DNA of 57,307 nt, the filler included, from Actinomycetales bacterium (GTDB lineage: Bacteria; Actinomycetota; Actinomycetes; Actinomycetales; CAVURS01): assembly GCA_045807245.1 (NCBI GenBank). It is 2 parts of 2 records of this genome, joined end to end, with 100 filler letters (N's around TTAATTAATTAA, not from the genome) between each part and the next. Parts side by side here need not be neighbours in the genome. Positions count along the whole stretch, not along the records: positions 1 to 29,562 come from JBJMHS010000047.1; 1 more part is not named here. One strand, 5' to 3'. Below the pieces are notes generated by a model. It was not told the origin of the DNA. It did no database searches and saw only the letters and a program-made list of their open reading frames with translations. This document shows positions 18,324 to 26,944 of the stretch, piece after piece (position 1 is the first letter of the stretch; each line of letters starts with the position of its first letter). The position numbers and the translations under genes were made by a program.

Positions 18324-19829
18324 TCAGAGCGTCGCCAGCCAGCGCAGCAGCACCCGGGCCCCGAAGCCGGTGCCGCCCCGGTTGACCTCGCCCTTGTCGC
18401 GGTCCGAGCGGCCGGGCCCCGCGATGTCCAGGTGCGCCCAGGGCACGTCACCGGCGAACTCGCGCAGGAACAGTGCCGCCATGACCGAGCCCGCTCCCAC
18501 CGGCGGGCGCGTCGTGATCTGGCACAGGTCGGCGATGTCCGAGTCGATCAGCTCGCGATAGTCCTCGACCAGCGGCATCCGCCAGAGCCGCTCGCCGGCG
18601 GCGTCGCCGGCCCGCTGCAGGCCGGCCGCGAGCCGCTCGGACGTCGAGTACAGCGCCGCGTGGGTGCGTCCGAGCGACTGCGTTGCCGCCCCGGTGAGGG
18701 TTGCGACGTCGACGAGCAGCTCCGGGCGCAGCTCCCGGCGCGCATAGCCCAGGGCGTCCGCGAGGACCATCCGTCCCTCGGCGTCGGTGTTGCGCACCTC
18801 GACCGTCGTGCCGTCGTACATCCGCACCACGTCGCCCGGCCGGTAGCTGCCCGCTCCGATGGCGTTCTCGGCCAACGGCAGCAGCCCGGTGACCCGGGCC
18901 CGAACGCCCAGGTCGCGGCAGGACGCGAGGACGGCGAGTACGACGGCCGCGCCGGTCATGTCCGTCGTCATGCCGACCATCGCCTCGCGCGGCTTCAGCG
19001 AGATCCCGCCGGTGTCGAACGTGATGCCCTTGCCGACCAGGACGACGTGCGCCCGCTTCCCGGCCGGGCCGCCGGTGGGCAGGTAGTCCAGCTGCACCAG
19101 ACGTGGCCCACGGGCCGCACCGCCACCGACGGCCAGCAGGCCGCCGAAGCCGTCGCGGCGCAGGTCCACCTCGGTCCAGACCCGCTCCCGCAGGTCGCGG
19201 GTGCGCGCCAGCCGGCGCGCACGGGCGGCCAGCCACGACGGCCCCTTCGTGGATGACCGGGTGTTGGCCAGCTCCCGGGCCAGCACGGTCGCGCCCGCCT
19301 CGATGACCCCGCGCCGTACCGCGCCGTCGTCGGCACCGACGAGCTGGACGACCCTCGCCCCCGGTGCGTCCTCCCCCGCCTTGGTGCCCTCACGACCGAC
19401 GCGGTAGGCACCGAGCAGGACACCTTCGGCCGCGGCCTGGGCGGCCTCGTTGCCGCCACCGGCGCCGAGCGAGGTCACGATCCGGTCCACTCGGCGTACT
19501 GACCGGGCGAGAGCCGCCGCCGCCGCGCGGAGCTCGGGGGGCGAGCCGTCGCCGACACCGACCAGGAAGATCTTGGCCGCCGCGCTGAGCCCGGGCACCC
19601 GGGTCAGGTCGCCGGCTGAGGTCCCGGCGTGCTCGGCGGCCGCGACGGCCGGGACGTCCACGCCGATCTGGCGGGCCAGCGCGGACGAGCCCCGGGCTGC
19701 GGCCGGATGCTTGGCACCGTCCGTCCCGTCACCGCGGCGCACCCCGACGGCGATCGCCGTCGCGGCGGATCCGAGAAGGGTGGCGAGGGTGGCAGCCGGG
19801 ACGGCCCTGGGCGACGCCTCGACGTGCAA
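18324..19829 (-). CDS. Leucyl aminopeptidase (M17)
   Basis: LVGKGITFDTGG, DMTG, NTDAEGRMVLAD, DVATLTG, WAHLDIAG. Confidence 0.92.
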   Translation of the reverse strand: MHVEASPRAVPAATLATLLGSAATAIAVGVRRGDGTDGAKHPAAARGSSALARQIGVDVPAVAAAEHAGTSAGDLTRVPGLSAAAKIFLVGVGDGSPPELRAAAAALARSVRRVDRIVTSLGAGGGNEAAQAAAEGVLLGAYRVGREGTKAGEDAPGARVVQLVGADDGAVRRGVIEAGATVLARELANTRSSTKGPSWLAARARRLARTRDLRERVWTEVDLRRDGFGGLLAVGGGAARGPRLVQLDYLPTGGPAGKRAHVVLVGKGITFDTGGISLKPREAMVGMTTDMTGAAVVLAVLASCRDLGVRARVTGLLPLAENAIGAGSYRPGDVVRMYDGTTVEVRNTDAEGRMVLADALGYARRELRPELLVDVATLTGAATQSLGRTHAALYSTSERLAAGLQRAGDAAGERLWRMPLVEDYRELIDSDIADLCQITTRPPVGAGSVMAALFLREFAGDVPWAHLDIAGPGRSDRDKGEVNRGGTGFGARVLLRWLATL

Positions 19830-19844
19830 CGACTCGGGGATGGG

Positions 19845-20012
19845 CTAGCCGGCGGCGGTCTTCAGGGCGTCGCCGAGGTTGTTCGCCTCGTCCGGCGTCA
19901 TCTCGACGACCAGGCGGCCACCACCCTCGAGGGGGACGCGCATGACGATGCCGCGTCCTTCCTTCGTCACCTCGAGCGGGCCGTCTCCGGTCCTCGGCTT
20001 CATGGCCGCCAT
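19845..20012 (-). CDS. DUF3117 small protein (55 aa)
   Basis: Manual translation MAAMKPRTGDGPLEVTKEGRGIVMRVPLEGGGRLVVEMTPDEANNLGDALKTAAG; AAGGGGAG RBS; below ORF-track cutoff. Confidence 0.92.
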   Translation of the reverse strand: MAAMKPRTGDGPLEVTKEGRGIVMRVPLEGGGRLVVEMTPDEANNLGDALKTAAG

Positions 20013-20143
20013 GCGGCTCCCCTTCCGGTCGCGTCCCGGCCCTCAGAGGGAAGGCACGGCTCTACTCGGCGCCCAGTATCCCGCGTAGCCCTCCCGAGGG
20101 TGAAATCGAGGTGACTGGCGGGCAGGTGCGCCAGACTGTCTCG

Positions 20144-20950
20144 ATGCAGGCCCGATCCGCCCTGTTCGACGTGTACGGCGACCATCTGCGCCGCCGCGGC
20201 GGGCAGGCGCCGGTGGCCGGGCTGATCCGGCTGCTGGGCGCGCTGGACATCCAGGCGCCGGCCGTCCGGACCGCCATCTCGCGGATGGTCCGCCAGGGGT
20301 GGCTGGAACCGGCCGCGACGAGCGAGGGTCCGGGGTACCGACTCACCGAACGGGCCGAGCGGCGCCTGGACGATGCGTACGCGCGCATCTACCGGACCGG
20401 GCACGGCACCGACTCCACCGAGCACTGGGACGGCCGCTGGCACGTGCTCGTGACCGACCGCCCGGCGAGCCGCAGCGCGCGGGACCGGCTGGCCGCGGAG
20501 CTGGCGTTCCTGGGCTACGCGCCTCTGTCCGGTGGCACCTGGATCGCGCCGCGAGCACACCCGGACACCAAGGCGGTCCTGGAGGGCGAGGCGGTCTCGG
20601 CGGACGAGTTCACCGCGACGTACGACGGCCTGGGCGCCTCGCTCGCCGGGCGGGCCTGGGACCTGGCCGGTGTCGCCGCGGCGTACCAGCGGTTCGAGAC
20701 GGAGGCCCGGGTGCTGCTGGACGCGATGCCGGCCGGGCCGGAGCCGGACCGGGCCGCGTTCGCGACGCGCTTCCGGCTGGTGCACGAATGGCGCAAGTTC
20801 CTGTTCCTCGACCCGGCGCTGCCGGACGAGGTGCTGCCGTCGGGCTGGCCGGGTCATCGCGCCGCGTCGCTGTTCGACGAGGCGGCCGGCGCCCTGCTCC
20901 CCGCCGCGTCGCGGTACGTCGATGCCTGTCTGGAGAGGAAGGCCCAGTGA
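20144..20950 (+). CDS. PaaX family transcriptional regulator
   Basis: MQARSALFDVYGDHL, AVRTAISRMVRQGWL, WDGRW, AWDL, WRKFLFLDPALP..LP.GWPG; start 20144 or 20111. Confidence 0.88.
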   Translation: MQARSALFDVYGDHLRRRGGQAPVAGLIRLLGALDIQAPAVRTAISRMVRQGWLEPAATSEGPGYRLTERAERRLDDAYARIYRTGHGTDSTEHWDGRWHVLVTDRPASRSARDRLAAELAFLGYAPLSGGTWIAPRAHPDTKAVLEGEAVSADEFTATYDGLGASLAGRAWDLAGVAAAYQRFETEARVLLDAMPAGPEPDRAAFATRFRLVHEWRKFLFLDPALPDEVLPSGWPGHRAASLFDEAAGALLPAASRYVDACLERKAQ

Positions 20951-20968
20951 CGAAGCGAGGACAGCGCG

Positions 20969-21760
20969 GTGAGCGCTGAGCCGGTCCGGTACGAGCAGTC
21001 CGGCGCGGTGGTGACCGTCACCCTCGATCGGCCGGACAGCCTGAACTCGCTCGACACGGCGACCAAGGACGCTCTGCTGGCTGCCCTGGACAAGGCAGCG
21101 TCCGACGACTCGGTGCGCTGCCTCGTGCTGACCGGGACCGGCCGCGGCTTCTCGGCCGGGCAGGACCTCAAGGACCACATCGCCAACCTCACCGAGAACC
21201 CGGCTGAGGTGATGTCGACGGTGGCGCGGCACTACGTGCCGATCGCCGCCCTGCTGGCCACCATGCCCAAGCCGGTGGTCGCCGCGGTGAACGGCATCGC
21301 CGCCGGTGCGGGGGCGTCGATGGCGATGGCGTGCGACATCCGGCTGGTCGCCCGCAGCGGCGGCTTCAACCTGGCCTTCGCCAACGTCGCGCTCAGCTGC
21401 GACACCGGCGCCTCGTGGTGGCTGCCCCGCCTGGTCGGTGTGGCCAAGGCCAAGGAGCTGCTCCTGCTGCCGCGCACCGTGCGGGCCGACGAGGCGCTGG
21501 AGCTGGGCCTGGCCACCATGGTCCTCGACGATGAGGCGCTGGCCGGTGAAGCGGCCGCGGTCGCGGCCCGGCTGGCGGCCGGTCCGACTCTGGCCTACGC
21601 CTCGATCCGGCAGGCGATCGCGTTCTCGATGGGCCACGACCTCGCCGAGTCGCTGGACAACGAGGAGCGGCTGATGCGGCTCACCGGGTCCAGCGCCGAC
21701 CACCGGGCTGCGGTCGAGGCGTTCGTGGGCAAGGCCGCGCCCGAGTTCACCGGCCGCTGA
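20969..21760 (+). CDS. Enoyl-CoA hydratase/isomerase
   Basis: LDRPDSLN, FSAGQDL, MPKPVVAAVNG.AAGAG, crotonase fold. Confidence 0.92.
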   Translation: MSAEPVRYEQSGAVVTVTLDRPDSLNSLDTATKDALLAALDKAASDDSVRCLVLTGTGRGFSAGQDLKDHIANLTENPAEVMSTVARHYVPIAALLATMPKPVVAAVNGIAAGAGASMAMACDIRLVARSGGFNLAFANVALSCDTGASWWLPRLVGVAKAKELLLLPRTVRADEALELGLATMVLDDEALAGEAAAVAARLAAGPTLAYASIRQAIAFSMGHDLAESLDNEERLMRLTGSSADHRAAVEAFVGKAAPEFTGR

Positions 21761-21788
21761 GGCGGCGCGCGGGGGCCGGTCGCCGCTC

Positions 21789-23021
21789 TTACGGCGGGTA
21801 GTCCGTCGGCGGCACGAACTTCAGCAGCCAGTAGACCCAGACGATCTGCCCGACCAGGAACACGGCGAGCAGCGCCACGAACACCAGCCGGCGGAGCACC
21901 GACAGCCGCGGCCGCCGGGTGTGCAGGGCCAGCATGCCCAGCGGGAAGAAGAGCAGGACGTAGCGGAACACGCTGGTCCACGGCTCCAGGATCGCCGCCA
22001 GGTACAACGGGTAGGCCACGCACCAGGCCCGCATCTCCGCCCCGATCGGTCGCGCCCAGGGGCCCAGGGCGGCGCCGAGGACGACCACGGCCAGACCGGC
22101 CAGGGCCAGACCGGCGTACACGTGGTTGTGGACGAGGTACGTCGCGATGAACCACCAGGCGCGGAAGTACGTGACGTGCCCGCCCGTGCGCCAGGTGCCC
22201 ATCGTGTCCGTGTACGCCGATCGGACCCCGGTGGCATGCCAGGCGATCGCCGGCCACAGCCAGGCCGAGGCGAGGGCCACGACGCCCAGTCCGACGACGC
22301 TCACGGCCTCCTCACGCGGGAACGGGTCGACCGCGCGGCGTCGCCAGCGGACGAACAGGTGCATCGCCACGGCGACGCTGAACGGCAGCTCCACCGGCCG
22401 GCTCAGCGACAGCAGGATCACGACCGGTACGGCGAGCGCGTAGCGGCGCTGCACCAGCAGAAGGAGGGCCGAGGCGAGGACGAACAGCGCCAGGCTCTCG
22501 GTGTAGCAGATCTGCAGCGCCGGGCTGGCGGGCAGCATCGCGACGAGAGCGATGCCGCCGAGCGCCGCGCGCCGGTCGACGTACCGGATGAACAGTTGAT
22601 AGATGACAACCATTGCGGCACCGCCGAGCACCAGGCTGGTCATCGAGCCGGCGACGGGGAAGCTCAGGCCGGTGAGGCCCATGACCACACGGACCAGGTA
22701 CGGGTACGCCGGGGAGAAACCCCAGGCGTTCTGCAGCAGGTTGCCGTTCGCGTCGCGCGGAAGCACGGACGGGTACCCGTGGTCGGCGATCTGGCGGTAC
22801 CACGAGCCGTCCCACTGCACCCCGAGGTCGAAGTAGCCCGGGTGCGGTGAGGTCCACATGTTCGGGACCTGACCCTTGGCGGCCTGCGCGATGATCACGA
22901 AGTCGATGACCCGGGTGATGGCGTAGATGCCCAGGGCCAGCGCCCAACCGGGCTGGCGTGCCACCGCGTCGCGCACCCGGGCCGCACGGTCGCTGCCGGC
23001 GGACAGAACGTCGAGGCTCAT
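21789..23021 (-). CDS. Multi-TM GT-C glycosyltransferase (PIG-V/mannosyltransferase-like)
   Basis: WDGSWYRQIADHGYP, F.PAYP, YTESL, LSRP motifs and many TM helices; ATGA overlap with tag. Confidence 0.75.
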   Translation of the reverse strand: MSLDVLSAGSDRAARVRDAVARQPGWALALGIYAITRVIDFVIIAQAAKGQVPNMWTSPHPGYFDLGVQWDGSWYRQIADHGYPSVLPRDANGNLLQNAWGFSPAYPYLVRVVMGLTGLSFPVAGSMTSLVLGGAAMVVIYQLFIRYVDRRAALGGIALVAMLPASPALQICYTESLALFVLASALLLLVQRRYALAVPVVILLSLSRPVELPFSVAVAMHLFVRWRRRAVDPFPREEAVSVVGLGVVALASAWLWPAIAWHATGVRSAYTDTMGTWRTGGHVTYFRAWWFIATYLVHNHVYAGLALAGLAVVVLGAALGPWARPIGAEMRAWCVAYPLYLAAILEPWTSVFRYVLLFFPLGMLALHTRRPRLSVLRRLVFVALLAVFLVGQIVWVYWLLKFVPPTDYPP

Positions 23022-23617
23022 GCCGATCCCGCCGCCGACCGGGCATGGCACCCGGCGAGATGGTCGTTCACGAGCCCGCACGCCTGCATCGCGGCGTACG
23101 CAGTCGTCGGTCCCACGAACACGAAACCGTTGCGCTTCAACGCTTTTGACAAGGCGATGGACTCAGGTGTCGTCGCCACGACGTCGGCGAAGGACCGCGG
23201 GGCGCGGCGGCGGCGAGTCGGTGCGTGCGACCACACCAGCTGGTCCAAGCCACCGCTCTCCCGCAGCCGCACCACCGCGCCCGCGTTCGTGATGGCGGCA
23301 TCGATCTTGGCCCCGTTGCGGACGATGCCGGTGTCCGCCATGAGCCGCCGACGCTCACGGGCGCCGTACCGGGCGACCACGTCGGCGTCGAACTGCGCGA
23401 ACGCGGCGCGGAAGGCCTCGCGCTTGCGCAGGATGGTCAGCCAGGACAGCCCCGACTGGAACGCCTCCAGGGTGAACCGTTCGTAGAGGGCGCTCTCACC
23501 GTGAACCGCCCGGCCCCACTCGGTGTCGTGGTACGTCGTGTAGTCCGGTGTGCTGGCCCCCCAGGCACACCGGGTCAGGCCGTCGTCGCCGACGACCAGC
23601 CCCCGAGCGTCCGTCAT
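23018..23617 (-). CDS. tag: DNA-3-methyladenine glycosylase I
   Basis: RCAW, YHDTEWG, LEAFQSGLSW.TILRKR, IVRN.AKI, FVGPTT.YA.MQA.GLVNDH..GC. Confidence 0.95.
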   Translation of the reverse strand: MTDARGLVVGDDGLTRCAWGASTPDYTTYHDTEWGRAVHGESALYERFTLEAFQSGLSWLTILRKREAFRAAFAQFDADVVARYGARERRRLMADTGIVRNGAKIDAAITNAGAVVRLRESGGLDQLVWSHAPTRRRRAPRSFADVVATTPESIALSKALKRNGFVFVGPTTAYAAMQACGLVNDHLAGCHARSAAGSA

Positions 23618-24123
23618 GGCCGCTTCCGCTCCGCCCGGGTGATGACGTGGGCCTGCTCGGCCTGGTCTGCGGCCCGGCGCAGGAGCCGGCCGAACAGCAA
23701 CCGCCCGGCCAGCACCGTGGCCGGCGCCGCCGCGAGACCTACGACCCGGGCCAGCGCCGGGCTCAGCCCGGGCAGCAGCTCGATGTCCTCCCACCAGGTC
23801 GCGACACAGCGCTCGGCCGTCACGGGGCGGACCTCGACCTCAGCCGACCCACCGAGGACGCGGCCCTCGCGGACGACGCGGACCCGGCCGGTCGTCGACC
23901 CCTCCGGCGGGCGCCAGGCCACCACGCGCATGACGTCATCGAAGGCGACCGGTCCGACCGCCGTACGCCCTACGAAGGTCGAGCCGACGGTGTTGCTGCC
24001 CTCGGCATCGACCGACATGGTCGTGAACGGGACCCACGCGGCGTGGCGCGGCCAGTCGACCAGCAGGTCCCACAGCTCACCAGCCGGGGCGCGGACCTCC
24101 CGCGAGACGCTGAACCGGGTCAC
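23614..24123 (-). CDS. SRPBCC/polyketide cyclase-like protein
   Basis: WDLLVDWPRHAAWVPFT, FVGRT.VGP..FDD.MRV..W.PP; coupled to neighbours by overlapping codons. Confidence 0.8.
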   Translation of the reverse strand: MTRFSVSREVRAPAGELWDLLVDWPRHAAWVPFTTMSVDAEGSNTVGSTFVGRTAVGPVAFDDVMRVVAWRPPEGSTTGRVRVVREGRVLGGSAEVEVRPVTAERCVATWWEDIELLPGLSPALARVVGLAAAPATVLAGRLLFGRLLRRAADQAEQAHVITRAERKRP

Positions 24124-24461
24124 GACGGATCGGTCGGGGCGGGTGGGCGGTGGTCCGGCGCCAACGACTCGGGGCCGCCGCCGTACAGGTGCTGGCGCAG
24201 CTCGCGGATCTCCTCCTCGCGAGCGCCCAGCTCGAGGCCGAGCCGGTCCAGGACGGCGTCGACCTCGTCCATCCGGTAGCCGCGGAACCCGACGGAGAAC
24301 CGGATCGCGTCGACGTCCTCGGCCGCCACGTCGTGGGCGGGCAGGTCGACGTCGGGGAGGGTCGAGGTGGGTTCGGGCATCCCGCCCCGGATCTTGCCGG
24401 CGGCGAGCGCGGCCACGACGGCGACGAGCGCAAGCACGACCAGCACCTCGAAGAACGTCAC
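24120..24461 (-). CDS. DivIVA-domain small membrane protein
   Basis: N-terminal TM, RFSVGFRGYRMDEVDAVLDRL. Confidence 0.88.
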   Translation of the reverse strand: MTFFEVLVVLALVAVVAALAAGKIRGGMPEPTSTLPDVDLPAHDVAAEDVDAIRFSVGFRGYRMDEVDAVLDRLGLELGAREEEIRELRQHLYGGGPESLAPDHRPPAPTDPS

Positions 24462-24513
24462 GCGCAGATGGTGTCATGTCCGGCCGGGCCGGCCGGTTGG
24501 TCCACCTCGGCGG

Positions 24514-24602
24514 CTGACAGTCCGTCGACGCGAATCCGCGACACGCCGTCCGGGGAGGCGCCATCATCAGCGGGTCGCCGCAAAGGGACGACGGATTGTC
24601 AG
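24514..24602. repeat. 89-bp nested palindromic dispersed repeat, copy 1
   Basis: Ends CTGACAGTCCGTCG / CGACGGATTGTCAG, inner arms GACACGC/GCGGGTC; gap-free 62/89 identity with 54771-54859. Confidence 0.8.
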
Positions 24603-24622
24603 TTGCGTGCCCCGCGGGCGCT

Positions 24623-24856
24623 CTAGCTGGCGGCCTGGTCAGCCCCGGGCTCGCCCACGAGGGTCTGGGCCAGGGCCCGGACCAGCTCGGGCAGGTCGGC
24701 CTCGGCCAGCCGCACGGTGGCCAGGCACTGCGGCCCCTGCCAGATGGAGAGCACCACGCGGCCGTGCTCGGGGTGGGCACTGACCCGCAACGCCCGCCCG
24801 GCGACGTCCCGTCCCACCAGGACGGTGCCGCGGCGCGGAGCCGGTGTCACCGACAT
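24623..24856 (-). CDS. Small hypothetical protein (77 aa)
   Basis: MSVTPAPRRGTVLVGRDVAGRALRVSAHPEHGRVVLSIWQGPQCLATVRL...; CACACT -10-like box 6 nt before ATG. Confidence 0.72.
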   Translation of the reverse strand: MSVTPAPRRGTVLVGRDVAGRALRVSAHPEHGRVVLSIWQGPQCLATVRLAEADLPELVRALAQTLVGEPGADQAAS

Positions 24857-24939
24857 GTGCCCAGTGTGCGCGGTGACCCTGGGATCGCGCCAGGTTCTTC
24901 CTGTCCGTCGCCCGTTCGCTACGACCGTCGGCCGCCCGG

Positions 24940-25761
24940 CTAGCGGCCCGTCTCCTCGGTGCGGGCCACCCTGGCGTTGACGACCGACGAGACCGCCTCG
25001 TCGACGTCGTCGGTCAGCGAGACGAGAGCGAGGTCGCGCTCGTTGATCGTGCCCTGCTCGAGCGCCGTGGTGCCCAGCCAGTCCAGCAGCCCCTGCCAGT
25101 ACGACCGGCCCATGAGGACGATGGGGAACGACGTGACCTTCTGCGTCTGCACCAGCGTGAGCGCCTCGAACAGCTCGTCGAACGTGCCGAAACCCCCGGG
25201 CAGCACGACGAACCCCTCGGCATACTTCACGAACATCGTCTTGCGCGCGAAGAAGTAGCGGAAGTTGACGCCGAGGTCGACGTACGGGTTGAGCCCCTGC
25301 TCGAACGGCAGCTCGATCCCGAGGCCCACCGACACGCCGCCTGCCTCCGTGCAGCCCCGGTTGGCCGACTCCATCGAGCCGGGTCCGCCGCCGGTGATCA
25401 CGGCGTACCCGGCGCGGGCCAGGGCACCACCGAGCCGCCTTCCCAGCTCGTACGCCGGGTCGCTGGGACGGGTGCGGGCCGAGCCGAAGACGCTGACCGC
25501 CGGCCCCAGCTCGGCGAGCGCGCCGAAGCCCTCGACGAACTCGCTCTGGATGCGCAGCACCCGCCACGGGTCGGTGTGGACCCAGTCGGCGGGGCCTCGG
25601 TTGTCGAGCAGCCGCTGGTCCGTCGTCGTCGCGGGCACCATCGCGCCGCGCAACGTGACCGGCCCGGTGTGGTAGTCCGGCTCGACGTCCGCGGCCTGGG
25701 CCCACTCCAGCGGCCCCGGTCGCTCCAGGAAGCCCAGCTCGTCCGGATCCTGCGCACTCAT
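24940..25761 (-). CDS. LOG family (TIGR00730) nucleotide monophosphate phosphoribohydrolase
   Basis: SVFGSAR, ITGGGPG.ME, FRYFFARKTMF, LPGGFGTFDELFE. Confidence 0.93.
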   Translation of the reverse strand: MSAQDPDELGFLERPGPLEWAQAADVEPDYHTGPVTLRGAMVPATTTDQRLLDNRGPADWVHTDPWRVLRIQSEFVEGFGALAELGPAVSVFGSARTRPSDPAYELGRRLGGALARAGYAVITGGGPGSMESANRGCTEAGGVSVGLGIELPFEQGLNPYVDLGVNFRYFFARKTMFVKYAEGFVVLPGGFGTFDELFEALTLVQTQKVTSFPIVLMGRSYWQGLLDWLGTTALEQGTINERDLALVSLTDDVDEAVSSVVNARVARTEETGR

Positions 25762-25771
25762 GCGCGCCAGG

Positions 25772-26944
25772 CTACGACCGCAGAAGCAGGCTCAGCATGA
25801 TTCCGGCCAGCAAGCCCCAGAACGCGGCGCCGATCCCGACGACGGTCAGGCCTGACGCCGCGACGAGGAATGTCGCGGCGGCGGCCTCGACCCGCGTCGT
25901 ACCGTGCTCGTCGGCACCGAACGCCGAGCGCAGGCTGAGCGCGAACGTCGGCACCAGCGCCAGTCCCGCCGCGGCGAGGACGACACCGTGCGGCGCCCCC
26001 AGCACGATCGCGACCAGGCCCGCGGACATCAGGCCGAGCACGAGGTTGACCGCGCCGGACACGGCGGCGGCCCGCCACCGCTTGGCCGGGTCGGGACCGG
26101 CCTCGGGACCGGCGGACAGCGCGGCGCTGATCGCTGCGAAGTTCAGCGCATGCACGCCATAACCCGCACCGGCCACGGTGAGCGCGCCGGTCATGAGCAG
26201 CACCGGACGCACCGGCGCCCGGTAGCCGAAGCTGGCCAGCACCGCCACGCCGGGGATGTTCTGCGACGCCATCGTCACCGCGAACAGCGGGAGCGCGATG
26301 GAGACCAGGGCGGCGGCCGACCACGTGGGCGTCGTCCACACCAGATGGGGCGCGAAGTCGCCCGGGCCGACCGACCGGACCGCGTGCGAGGTGTATGAGA
26401 GGCCGAACGCCACGGCCATCGCCAGCGGAGCGGCCCATCGGCGGGCGAACCGGTACGCGGCGAGCCAGACGAGGATGACCGGCCCGACGAACAGCGGCGC
26501 ATCGGGGAGGCCGACCACCGGTGTGAGGCACAGGTGGAACAGCACGCCGGCCAACATCGCGGACGCCACCTGCACCGGGATCAACGCGATCAGCCGACCC
26601 AGCCGGGTCCAGACGCCGACCAGCGCGAGCAGCAGGCCGCAGATCACGAAGGCACCCACCGCAGCCGACCACCCACCGTGCGACGGCCCGGTCGCCACCA
26701 GCAGGGCCGCACCGGGCGTCGACCAGGCCACGACGATGGGGAGCCGCTGCCAGACCGACAGCAGGAGCGAGCACAGGCCCATGAGCACCGTGACCGTCAA
26801 CAGGCCGGATCCGGCCTGCGCCGGGGTCGCGCCGACCGCGCGCAGGCCGGCCAGCACGATGGCGAAGGCGCCGGTGAACCCGACCAGCGACGTGACGACA
26901 CCCGCTGTGGCCGCGTGCAGCAGGTCGGCCCGACCGCGCAGCAT
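25772..26944 (-). CDS. BenE family benzoate/H+ symporter-like transporter
   Basis: AWSTPGAALL, AMLAGVL, TMASQNIPG, NFAAI.AA, A.ATFLV.ASG....IG.AFWG; TGATG coupled to dapE. Confidence 0.88.
   Translation of the reverse strand: MLRGRADLLHAATAGVVTSLVGFTGAFAIVLAGLRAVGATPAQAGSGLLTVTVLMGLCSLLLSVWQRLPIVVAWSTPGAALLVATGPSHGGWSAAVGAFVICGLLLALVGVWTRLGRLIALIPVQVASAMLAGVLFHLCLTPVVGLPDAPLFVGPVILVWLAAYRFARRWAAPLAMAVAFGLSYTSHAVRSVGPGDFAPHLVWTTPTWSAAALVSIALPLFAVTMASQNIPGVAVLASFGYRAPVRPVLLMTGALTVAGAGYGVHALNFAAISAALSAGPEAGPDPAKRWRAAAVSGAVNLVLGLMSAGLVAIVLGAPHGVVLAAAGLALVPTFALSLRSAFGADEHGTTRVEAAAATFLVAASGLTVVGIGAAFWGLLAGIMLSLLLRS

Noticed and set aside
20144..21760. Phenylacetate catabolic cluster
   Set aside because: Only a PaaX-like regulator and a crotonase are present; no paaABCDE/K/Z.
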